A stretch of DNA of 20,000 nt from Sphaeroforma arctica JP610 (Eukaryota): contig NW_014040153.1 of assembly GCF_001186125.1 (NCBI RefSeq), positions 46,022 to 66,021 of the forward strand, in the 5' to 3' direction. Below the pieces are notes generated by a model that saw nothing but the letters and a program-made list of their open reading frames with translations, was not told where the DNA came from and searched no databases. Positions 10,075 to 20,000 of this stretch are shown here, piece by piece. A program made the translations under genes and the position numbers. Every line of letters starts with the position of its first letter. Position 1 is the first letter of the stretch.

Positions 10075-10755
10075 CTGACAAAATTGTTTCAATTTTCAAT
10101 TTAAGAGCCTTCGGTTTTGTGATGATTTATTAAAGGGTTAAGAAGAGGGGGATCGTCTCGAGTATTAATTGTTGTCAAAAGATATCCTTTTCAAACTGGT
10201 CATTAGTTTTAATGTCTACATCGTAGCTCGCGTGGTCGGCATTACTTCTTTGTAGAAACATACCAGAATAGTGGATCATAAATTCATTTTCTGGTTCTAT
10301 CATTTTGTTGAACACCCGCGACATAACCGTGTTAACACAACGTCTCCAGATTATTGACAAGCTGTGGGTTTTCACGACCACCACTCTATTTAATACCAGG
10401 TTTTAGGGGTTTAGGGTTTAGGGTTTAGGTACCTGACAAAATCGTTTAATTTTCAATTTAAGAGCTTTCAGCTTTGTAGTAATTTATCAAAGTGTTAAGA
10501 GAGGGATTGTCTCCGAGTATTAATTGTTGTCAAAGGATACCTTTTTCAGACTGGTCATAATAGTTTCAATTTCTAGCTCGTAGCTAGCGTGGTCGGTATT
10601 GCTTCTTTGTAGACACATACCAGAATAGTATATCATAAATTAATTTTCTGGTTCTATCGTTCTGTTGAACACCCGCGACATAACCGCGTGAACACAACGT
10701 CTCTAGATTATTGACGAGCTTTGGGTTTTCACGATCACCACACTATTTCATACCA
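10075..10755. repeat. diverged tandem duplication, period ~358 bp
   Basis: 10075-10398 aligns with 10433-10755. Confidence 0.9.
10399..10430 (+). repeat. interstitial telomere-like tract, about four TTTAGGG units
   Basis: GGTTTTAGGGGTTTAGGGTTTAGGGTTTAGGT. Confidence 0.75.
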
Positions 10756-11338
10756 TATGACAGAGCACCATCATCGGAAAGTCGTTTAAGTATCCTTTGT
10801 AGTGTACCATCTTAGACAGGTAAACGTGTCTTGTTCACTGGTCGCAAAAATATGAGATATTTGCAGTTGCTGTGCTCCTCCCTAATTTCCGGTATCACCC
10901 GTAAGCAATCTTGATCCGAATCGTCTTACTGCCATATGCATGATAATTTCTGAGACGCATTTCCATTAGACATTGTCTTACACACGTTCGAAAAAATCTC
11001 TGGGCAAGCCTAATAGATTCCACTTGCCTCGGCTGCTCTCTCACATATTTCGCCTGTATCCGTTCATCCTTCCCGTTCAGCTCCTCAGCCATTCTTCCTT
11101 GGAAAGGCAACTTGGCACTTTTTGCTAATGGGGGACTGTCTCGATGCATTTCAATGCAATAATATTCAACATCACTCGCTGATTCCATCAGATCAGCCTC
11201 GAAACATAGTCCTATATTAGGCCCATGGTCGTCATCATAATCGCCGGCTGGTTTGCTTTCGCTGTCCAGATCATCTCCAGCTTCGGCTTTGATTTTTACC
11301 TTCTGATGTTGGCGATATCTCATCATCATTTCATCCAC
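10480..11338 (-). pseudogene. degenerate coding sequence of unknown family
   Basis: 147-aa ORF (10895-11338) whose frame appears to continue through scattered stops into the duplicated segment. No motif recognised. Confidence 0.3.
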
Positions 11339-11753
11339 TTTATTTTGGAGTTGCTCTACATATTCTCAAAGGTGTCACCTTTGTATACGCTGGGTGCTTG
11401 AATGAGTTCAATGCGGGTCTCTTCACATTCCTCGAAGTATGTGTCACGTTCACGACGGATGCGGGCGAGGCTGTTTTGTAATGTGGTGTGTTCGGTGGTT
11501 GTGGTGGTATTGATGTCTTGTGTACGTGTAAGATTACGAGGAAGATTGTCACGTTCGAGGGCGATGTCATTGTAATTAGATTGCGCCTGATTGCGTTCAG
11601 TGACGAGGGTAACTCGTTCGGAGTGAATGTGATCAAGTTCAGTGACAAGCTGGTCGCGTTCAGTGATGAGTGTGCCGCGTTCGTTGTGGATGCGATCGAG
11701 GTCATTAGCTAGAGAGTTGGGTTCGATGGTGTGTTGGTCGTGGTCAGCTCGAG

Positions 11754-12200
11754 CTAAATCGCGGGCAGTATTAGCGGTGTTACATTCGGTGAGGATTGTG
11801 TGGCGCTCGTGACGAAGGCGTACAATATCGGCGTTGAGAGCAGCAATGGAGTCAGAATGTTTGGCAGATGCATTGCGGATGGTGTCGAGATCAGTAGATA
11901 AGTTGGCGCGGTCACGTCGAATACGGGCTTGTTGCGATCAGTGATAGCGGAAATGGCATCGAGTTCGGAGAATGCAGAGTGTGCACCTAAGTATATGGCG
12001 GTGTTGTTGATGTTAGGGTTGTCGTTGGTGTCAAGAATAGCAGATATAATGGTGCGGGTAAGCTGGATGTGATGATTGGCGTGGGAGATATTGGTGTATG
12101 GCTGGAGTGTTGAGAAGAAGTCACGTTCGAAACGTTGGGCGCCCTCAAAAGACGAAAAGGTAGTGATAGGGGTTTGGCCCGTGGGCGGAAGTTGACTCAT
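11754..12200 (-). pseudogene. probable gag N-terminus of Copia B
   Basis: First ATG-initiated ORF downstream of the LTR and leader. Assigned by position only. Confidence 0.5.
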
Positions 12201-12248
12201 GGTGATGTGTGAGAAGGAATTGGAGGAGCAGATATGGTGATATCAGAG

Positions 12249-12331
12249 GATCAAAGGTGGTGAGATCAGAGGTGGTGAGATCAGAGGTGGTGAGATCAGA
12301 GGTGATGAGATCAGAGGTGGTGAGATCAGAG
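12249..12331. repeat. 15-bp minisatellite (GATCAGAGGTGGTGA) x5.5
   Basis: Units start at 12249, 12264, 12279, 12294, 12309 and 12324. Confidence 0.95.
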
Positions 12332-12485
12332 AGAAGGGGGGAATCAAAGGATCAGGGGTGGAAATCTAAGCGATGTACATAGGGTATATAATAAAATATA
12401 TTCGATATATCAGCTTATTCTGATAAACTGTAAAAACTGCAATAAAACTAAAAGAAACCTAAGTTCGTGTATTCCGACCACAACC

Positions 12486-12668
12486 TGTTGGAACATGTAT
12501 TTGCCTAACGAAGCAACTTTATTATCACTTCACATATTGGCTATATAGTATAACAATTACCATGTGCCTTTTTAAGATATCATTACAACTACTCAGTCAA
12601 AATATAACCCGTAATTTATTTTGGGCTTGTAAAGTTTTGAGGGTGAGTCTTATAAATTCGTCTCAACA
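12486..12668 (-). repeat. 5' LTR of Copia B (183 bp)
   Basis: Terminal inverted repeat TGTTG/CAACA. Inverted homolog of 9527-9709. Confidence 0.87.
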
Positions 12669-13120
12669 GTTGGGTGATCGGCCTTAATTTTACCTATTTC
12701 GTTATCTGACTGTGAAGTCGTTCGACTGAGCAAAGCGTAAACCGCATTCTCTGTGTCAATCGCATGCGACACCTTCATTTGTTGAACGTTTCGCAGGACG
12801 CTATTGATTAGCCTGCTATGTCGTTTTTGGCCCGCAGCAACTTGACGTCCGCCTAACTCCGTGCCCGAGTCTGGAGTGTCAATTCCGTACTTACCCGTCG
12901 TAGCACTAGTTTCACCTTCCACCTTCTCCAGGGAGCTTTTCAGCATCTTAAGACACATAAATGATTCGCCTCTATACGCTCTTGTAACGGTGTAGCCTTT
13001 GCCCTCTTTGGCACAGTCAATGTCGTAGTTGCAAATTCTTTTGCCTTCATAGTAAATGAAAGTACCTTTCATACTTCCTTCGTACAAGGGAAGGCTTTGT
13101 TCCTTTTTTTAAATTAACCC
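12669..13120 (-). other. unidentified ORF fragment cut by the Copia B LTR
   Basis: The 145-aa open frame 12650-13087 terminates just inside the LTR. No recognisable motif. Confidence 0.3.
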
Positions 13121-13494
13121 TGTAGATATCATTTTGGTCATGTGCTTTACCCTAATCAGTTGTATCCATATTGGATAAACCAGGTTCAAAATGTTGTCTC
13201 TAACAAAACCCTAATATTAAATAAACCGTAATATTAATTAAAAACTCTACTCGGGAACTTCCTGACTATAACACCCCCCCCCCCCCCAAGCTGAAGCGCT
13301 ATAAGTGTACCCAATTCGAGAAATTGAAGGAATGTCCTGAAAAGGTGGTGTGCTAGCATTTAACCACAGAATCCCAGAGAGCTAAGGAATCGTTTATTTG
13401 TTCACCACACGGGCAGGTGACTAGAAGCAAGTAAAAGAAAATATGTATCTATAACGTATATAATAAGTTATATCTGGTCACGACGGCGTTTACG

Positions 13495-13624
13495 TACGCG
13501 TGTCGGTGTGTCCGTCGAATGCCCAAGCAGTTTCTCATGTCGACACCCCCTCAAGCCAGCGTATAATGTATTCGAGTTTACCCGTGTCGTCATTCGTCCT
13601 GTGTTTGATAACATGACGGAATGC
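13495..13624 (-). pseudogene. chromodomain of E2
   Basis: AFRHVIKHRTNDDTGKLEYIIRWLEGVST*ETAWAFDG, in a frame not shown in the ORF track. Confidence 0.75.
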
Positions 13625-14764
13625 GGAGCCCCCTTCTTGTCAGAGATGCCCATATCTATGTGTATGGTCATAGCTCTCACCGTTACAGCTCGTAACACCA
13701 TATGGACCAATAACGGTGGCCGTCTCTCTGGTTTCACCATCACTACTTCGTCTGTATCGAAGTGCACCAGACCATGGGGGTGAAGACGATCGAATGTCTT
13801 CATTAGCTTGTATACGGCTTGGTAATCTTGTGCAACGTGGGTGGAGTTGTGTACTGTAACTGAGGTCAAGTCGTTGAGCCCAAATGTCATTGGTAACCAG
13901 TTATTGCTCAGGTACATCGTCGGTTCAATCAGCAAACGGAACATGTCGGCGGCCGAAATATACGCTAAACGGAGCGCTCTTATGTCGTCGTGAGATACGT
14001 AGATTCTGGTGAGTATCGTAAAGAGTAGGCGTTTGTCCCAGGCCTGGAGTATCGCCTCGCAGTAGAAACGTATCGACCGTGTTATCTATTTGTACCGACG
14101 TTCAGTAGCGCCGAGAACTTGGGTTCGATAAAGTGGTGAGGCTTTATAAAGTATCCCAACCACTTTGACAAGTGGGGCCACCAGTTGGTGAATGCTAGTC
14201 CTATATCCGTTTGCAGTCTGTGTAAGAAGCCATGTTCGCCAGATATCGCCTGTAACGTGCGAGCGGTCGTCTCCATGGACATATCAGGTGTAGCACGTAA
14301 AACTGAGTACCCCGATGCAACGACTAACTCATGCAGAACAAATTTATCCTGTTGGATAGATGTTACCGGCATCGAAATGCAGTCGACCTGGAGATGTGAT
14401 CCCAGAGGTACTGGGCGTCGAAGCTGATCACAGGATGAAACCTCTCGTCCGAAGAGTATTGTCCCAAGCGCTGCCAGCATTGTCCTTTGATTTATGTAGC
14501 CAACTCAAATGCCCCGGGCCAGACATGTCCGTTCTATTGCAACTGTTGGCCTGTGTCCTATTCATGGTGTGCTTGTGTGAGCTGTGTTCGGCGCTGGTGT
14601 TCCGCTGGTGTTCCGTTAATAAAGGCCGGTTGTGCAACGTCGCTTGCTATCGCCACCGAAATCTCTCGTACGGCGTCCATATATTGTTGGTATGGCATGC
14701 GACGAGGCTCTGCATATTCCAGACGTTGAGTAAAACTCTCCGTCAATCGGAAGACCGATGATGG

Positions 14765-15150
14765 TCCTACGTGTGCGACTACTGTATGGCCCCATTGAAT
14801 CTTGCCGCAAGGCTATTTTGCATATTTCAAGAAAGTGTGCGGGCTACGAGGCACCAACACTAGCTCTGCTTGTAGTATCGAAACCACGGTGCTCTTGAGG
14901 TCCACGGTAGGCACACCGTCGTAGTATTCCCGTCTGATATAATTTTCCGGAGCGTACGGTGTATCAATTTCCACGGTCGTTTATTCAACCGTCCACTAGG
15001 GCCCATTCATTATCAAACGCTTCTCTGTGAATGTTTTTTGGTCCAGAAGTGGACAAGCTGTGTATTATGTGGCGCTGCGAATACGTCTATATTATTATGG
15101 CCAAATATCCATTGTGCCTGTTCGAAGTGGCTTAGAAATAATTTTTAGCA
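14765..15150 (-). pseudogene. Dam-like adenine methyltransferase domain of E2
   Basis: *KLFLSHFEQAQWIFGHNNIDVFAAPHNTQLVHFW / EAFDNEWALVDG*IN / PWKLIHRTLRKIISDGNTTTVCLPWTSRAPWF ... QWGHTVVAHVG (slashes mark frameshifts). Confidence 0.78.
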
Positions 15151-16659
15151 ACCTGCATAAAGGATTGCCGGTATATCTGTTTCAGCGGTGTTCATGTATC
15201 CGACTGAGCATGTCAGGTAGGGCGTTCTTCTCACCAAGAATATGTGAAATAGTGAAATTGAATGGCGCGATGATGTGATGCCAATGCTGCATCATAGGGT
15301 TGAGCTTGAGCCGGCTGTTCATGTATACTAATGCCTTGTGATTGGTAAACATTATAAACCGCTGGCCGTGAAGGTATTCCCGGGAGTGTGTCCACCCATA
15401 GACTATTGCTAGAAGTTCCTTCATTGGTGTTGCGTAGTACCGGATTGAGCATCTTACTGAAGAACATGAGGTAGTGCTTCTTGCCTTCGACCCATTGGAA
15501 TAATGCACCGTCTACCTCGTAATCTCTGGCGTCCGTTTCCAGGTTGAGTGGCATATCATCCACCGGAAAGTGGAGTGTTACGGTATTGACGATAGCGTCT
15601 TCATTGCATTTCATGCGTCTGATCAACGCTGGACGCCGTGGGGAAAGCGGACGTTTGTTGGCATGCCGTTCGGCATCAAACCTGCATCGTGAATCATCCA
15701 GGCACGGATGGAGCATGAATTCAAAGTGTGGATGGCCTAGATAGCCTAAAGACATGGGCGTGGGTCACAACAGTGTTAGGAAGCACTGGTCGAGCATGAA
15801 AAATCTCATCGTGGCGTGTGTGAAGCACAACGCTAAATTGAACATCAAGAAGTGTTGCTTTGGGATCTCAGATCGGCCGGTCATCGCGTTGGGGCGAGTG
15901 GTGGATGAGAACGGGTCGTACATTAGTGAGGATCGGATGGAATCCATCATGCGCATGCCGCCGCCCACGGATAAGGATCTCTTGGCCTAGTGGTATCACA
16001 CGATTGGTTATTGGAGCCAATACATCCCTGACTACTCTAGGATCATGTCCCCTATCTCGAATCGGAAGAAAGAAGTACCCTTTATGTGGGATCGGACGCA
16101 GCAGGCAGTCTACGATCGGATTCGGGAGGAGGTGGCCAAGGAAGGGGTGTTGGTCGAGCCAGGATTCGAAGACAAACTGGAGATGTATTGCGATGCCTGT
16201 GACTCGGTAGGAGTAAGTGGGAGGTTGTTTGCTCGGCGCAAGGGTAAGCTATGCCGTGTGGGGTTCTGGTCTTCGAAGTTCAGCCCGGCGCAGTTGGGCT
16301 ACCACATTACGGACAAGGAGGCTATAGCCATCGTGTATTGTCTTCATAAGTCCTGGAGGATTGTCAAGCGTTCGCGCCACCCGCTGACGGTGTTCACGGG
16401 CCATGAGCCGTTGGTGCGTATGCTAGCGCAAGACCCCACGTCGTATGAGTCCACGGTTAGATATAGATATATGGCTAGATACGCGCAGGTGCTGCGTGAT
16501 TTCGACACTATCCTAAAGCATGTGCCGGGAGAATTGAATCCAGTGGCGGATGTGCAATCTCGGCTGGTATACCAAATTGACCCAATCATGCGAGCGAGGC
16601 GTCTACCGGCGAAGGATAGAGCGCGTTGGGCTGAGCAAGCGGTGGTGAAGCCGGAGACA

Positions 16660-17055
16660 GAATCTTATGCAGTGAACAGGGCGCTCTTTGACAAGACCGG
16701 GGACAAGTTTGGTCCGTTTGACGCTGAAAGGTTCGCGCATCCAACGAATTATCGATGAAGCCGTACTACCAGCCTACCTTGGCTGGGGGTGTGTTTGCGT
16801 CGAGGACGTGGATGGGTCCACGTTAGTACTTTAACCCCAGGTGGTCAGACTTGGGCAAGGTTGTCACCAGGATTCGCAGGGACAAGGCTACGGTGACGAT
16901 GGTCTGTCCGTATGCACCGGAGGCACGGTGGTTTATGGAAATGGTACCTCTGCTGTCAGCAGATCCTATGGTGATATATCTCAAGTAGGGGATCTTCCTC
17001 CGACACGGGAATGAGCAGATGGATGCGTCAGGTTTTATTTCGCTGGTCTGCCATA
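16660..17055 (+). pseudogene. Dam-like adenine methyltransferase domain of E3
   Basis: In frame with RNase H: ESYAVNRALFDKTGDKFGPFDAERFAHPTNYR / MKPYYQ...GVFASRTWMGPR*YFNPRWSDLGKVVTRIRRDKATVTMVCPYAPEARWF...SLVCHM. Confidence 0.75.
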
Positions 17056-17819
17056 TGAGACATTACCGGGACCACAAGCTGCGTGGAGACTTCTGGGAGG
17101 AGTTGGAAGCTAAGCGGCCAGCTTGGGAGAAGCTGGCTGCTGCGGCAGTACTACGTGCGGAAGACGTAGTGTCCTGTATGACACAGAGTGGTGTCGTAGG
17201 GGCGGTAGCGCATCCAAGTGGGAAATCGGTGCGTAGAGGAATGCCAGCGGAGGAGGCTGGTATTGAAACAACCCCATGTTAGTGCAGTGAATGCACTAAT
17301 GTTTACCACTCAGTCTTTGCGGGCGGCTAAGGGTGTTCTGAATAAGTATCTGAAGCATGCGGAAGTATGGCTGGGAGGGGCATCTGCTAACCCTAGTGAG
17401 GGATCGCTGGGTGCGATGGCAGAAACTTGGCTGGAGTCAGCTGAGGTGAGCACGAGTGAGGGGTCGCTCGGTGCTATATACACTCGGAGTATGAGTGATA
17501 AGTCGCCGGTGCTTACGCGGCGTGCGCGCAAGGCAGCGGTGGTTGCGAACAGCCACCCGGTCTTGGAGGAAATGGACATTGATAAATCACAGGGTGATAC
17601 ATCAGTGGAGGACCATCCGCGAGAGTGTGAGGAAGCACTCACCAAACAGCAGTTAGTCCAGTTAGAGCAGAATCCGGCGGATGGTGTGCCACTGGATGAC
17701 GCGGAAGAGCCACCAGTGGATAAGCTGGGTGACAAGCTGTTGCGACAACGCTTGCGAAGCTTGAAGCGTTCTGTGTTTGGTGTGGAAGTGGGGGGGGTGA
17801 TGTCTTCGAGCGTATCGTT

Positions 17820-18950
17820 AGGTACATGCCAGTGCCAAGAGGCTGGATGATCTGGTGCGCAGGCTATGGGGTTGGGCTGGCATGAAAAAGATGTATGATC
17901 ATGTCCGGAAGAGCTGCAATGCGTGCCAGGCGTTCGCTGAGGAACTAGGCTTGGCGAAAGGCTTGCTGCTGCTGCCAGTGCGCCCATAAGAGGTCATGCG
18001 CGAGATAAGCATGAATTTCATGGACTTTAACACCGTTAACGGACAATCCAAGGTCTTGCTGGTAGTGGACACGCAGACTAGGATGTTGTTTGCGCGATTG
18101 TGTCCTGTATCGACGGATGGGCCAGGTGTGGTCCGCTTCTTAGAAAAGCATGTGTTGGCGTGGTGATCGCCGGCACGGCTGGTTATGGACGCGGACAAGA
18201 GGTTCCAGAATGACAATGTTAATCCATTCTGAGAACGGTGGGCATCGAACTACACTGGGTGACGGTCGACAATCATCAGAGCAATAGCAGACTGGAGATG
18301 TTGAGTAGGACAATGAAGGATTGGTTGCGCCGGGAGATTGAGGCTAAGGATGAATCGCCTCATGCTTGGTTACACTTAGTTTACGATATGGTGCGGGTGT
18401 ACTGGGTGACGGCCGACAATCATCAGAGCAACGGCAGACCGGAGACGTTGATTAGGACAATTAAGTATTGGTTGCGCCGGGAGATTGAGGCTAATGATGA
18501 ATCGCCTCATGCTTGGTTACACTTGGGTTCACGATATGGTGCGGATGTACAATACCACCAGGACCTCGGTGGCAGGGTTTGTGCCATATTTCCACCTGAC
18601 AGGGAGGGACTTTAATGTACAGGTTAGTCCGAAGTTACAGGACAGGGTGTTGTCCTTGTTGGAGTCAGAGCAAGGCACAGGCGATGGTCCGTGACGCGGT
18701 AGCAGCGGTCAGGGACAGGCGGGCTCGACTGGAACAGCAGACAAGTCGGCGGGAGGATGTCCCTCTGTTGGCAGTCTGCTCGAGGGTCTGGTATCGGCTG
18801 CGAGGGAAGTCTCACGACCTGTCTTCGCGGTGGGGTGGACCGGCGCGTGTAGTGGCGGTTCAAGCACCCTTTACGCATACGGTTGAGATGCCTGATGGAT
18901 CTCGCCGTACTTTCTTGAGGGAGGAGTTGAAGCCGCACGTTGAGAAGCTC
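17820..18950 (+). pseudogene. pol: integrase of E3
   Basis: Zinc finger remnant, core with the first catalytic D read as N (MNF), and a GPY/F-like motif. Several stops and frameshifts. Confidence 0.88.
18254..18548 (+). repeat. 147-bp tandem duplication inside the E3 integrase
   Basis: 18254-18400 vs 18401-18548. WVT(V/A)DNHQSN...SPHAWLHL occurs twice. Confidence 0.93.
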
Positions 18951-19436
18951 TCGGAGCAAGAGGAACGGCGCTCTGTGGTGGCTAATATATCATTCACATC
19001 TGACTGAGCAGCAGGATGGCTACCGTCAAGCGTTGGGTCATGCCATGCGTAGAAGACGCGTGTCTGGTCGGGTGAGCTTTGTTCAGCCTGGGGACGCTGG
19101 GAATTCTGGTGTGACGAGGCGAATCTGCCAGTTTATGCACCACTGGTGGACGGCGAAGACGGGAAGAAGGTGCTTGGTGAGGACTATCAGGTCTTGTTGA
19201 TGCGGGTGTTACCGCTGAAGAAGAGTCGTGATGTATTTAAGAGGAAGATCTTGAATGGCTTCGCTTTTGCACAGTCGGCGTTCTACAAGAAGCAGCATCT
19301 ACACTTGGGGTGAACTACAGATAGCAGATAATGTATCTGAGCTGCCGTCGCGTCATTAGTTATAGTGCCTGCGTTAGTTTGTTGACAAATTCTCAGACCG
19401 TTGAGAAGAACTCTATCCTCCACGAGGGGGTGATGA

Positions 19437-20000
19437 TGTAAGGATATCTTGTGTATAGTGTATATAGTGTAGGTAGTGAGGGCTACCCACAGTCTGGCTA
19501 TGAAAGTTGCATAAGGAACTATGTTATCTATCCTAGCGAGGGGTTGTGATTGACATTGGGTGGAATATTAGGGGTGTTAGCCTGAGAGTATAACCCTAGG
19601 GGTATAAGTAGTTTGGTTAGGTGGCTAACCTAGGCCTGGGACTCGATTAAACCAAGCCTGGGACCTGGGGAAGGGTCAGCTTTAGAGTTACCCATAAGCA
19701 GAGGCCGGGAAGAGCCCGTACATAGAGTTGCCTATATTGTGAGGCCTGAGGGTCTCAGATTTGAGAGACTCGGGTTTTGGCTCAAAGATGAGTCATCATC
19801 AAATATTATGTAGTCGCGACCACTGTTGTGGGGCAGGACTACTTTGGGAGTAAATTGATAATATTACTAACAAACATATTTGACTATATAGATAGAGTGT
19901 GTGGCAGGGGAACTGCCACACGCTACACTACTAAACTAATAACCTAGTGAATAAACCTGTAATTTGTGCTAGTCTATCTATTGTTTAGAATCACTAACAA
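19437..20000 (+). repeat. 3' LTR of E3 (probably incomplete)
   Basis: TGTAAGG directly after a purine tract. Non-coding, with a TATA-like run near 19885 and AATAAA near 19950. No second copy in the window. Confidence 0.6.

Larger units (their letters stand above)
11340..12668 (-). mobile_element. 5' end of a second Copia (Copia B): LTR, leader and truncated gag-like region
   Basis: LTR TGTTG...CCAACA at 12668-12486, homologous to the Copia A LTR. Followed by GGTTGTG (PBS-like), a 15-bp repeat leader and an ATG at 12200 opening C/A-rich ORFs. The inner boundary is approximate. Confidence 0.72.
13192..15755 (-). mobile_element. Ty3/Gypsy element E2, 5'-truncated and heavily degenerate
   Basis: RT end (LGYLGH), RNase H (LETDARD, ELLAIVYG, HILGEKNALPDMLSR), MTase-like domain, integrase (LQVDCI, LQTDIG), chromodomain, poly-G PPT (13274-13287), then an LTR starting TGTTATAG at 13273. 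The far LTR end is uncertain. Confidence 0.88.
15751..20000 (+). mobile_element. Ty3/Gypsy element E3, 5'-truncated; 3' LTR probably runs off the window
   Basis: RT C-terminal half (LNIKKCCFG, ALGRVV), RNase H (YCDACD, DKEAIAIV, HVPGELNPVADVQSR), MTase-like domain, integrase (HAS..CNAC, ISMNF, VMDAD, QSNGRPE, RWGGPARV), PPT GAGGGGG and an LTR starting TGTAAGG. Confidence 0.92.

Noticed and set aside
9527..12668. DNA transposon with long terminal inverted repeats
   Set aside because: The repeats behave as Copia LTRs (PPT before one, PBS-like site after the other). No TSD or transposase was found.
17310..17987. 225-aa antisense ORF, and similar ORFs at 683-1099, 8092-8496 and 18624-18959
   Set aside because: These are shadows of retroelement coding frames on the opposite strand with no independent motifs.
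461..19300. RIP or methylation-driven hypermutation explaining the stop codons
   Set aside because: Some stops fit TGG to TAG/TGA or CAR to TAR, but others are transversions and indels are frequent. A bias cannot be shown without a consensus.

Overview
Eukaryotic transposon graveyard with no convincing intact host gene. It holds: (1) a near-complete but pseudogenised Ty3/Gypsy LTR retrotransposon (E1, <1-7792, + strand; gag-PR-RT-RH-IN-chromodomain; scaffold gap at 4439-4820) inserted into (2) the 3' half of a Ty1/Copia element (7793-~9709); (3) a small relic related to E1 (~9875-9990, -); (4) a ~358-bp tandem duplication with a TTTAGGG tract at its junction; (5) the 5' end of a related Copia in opposite orientation (~11340-12668, -); and (6,7) two more divergent, 5'-truncated Gypsy elements joined back-to-back inside their RT genes (E2 ~13192-15755, -; E3 15751->20000, +). 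Main observation: all three Gypsy elements, clearly different families, carry a Dam-like N6-adenine DNA methyltransferase domain (DW..F..FGP..D.FA...N ... NP.W ... P.W...W, the type known from DIRS1 elements) between RNase H and a DDE integrase. They also end in a chromodomain-like module. This suggests a lineage of methyltransferase-bearing chromoviruses. All assignments come from manual translation and motif recognition, not database searches.
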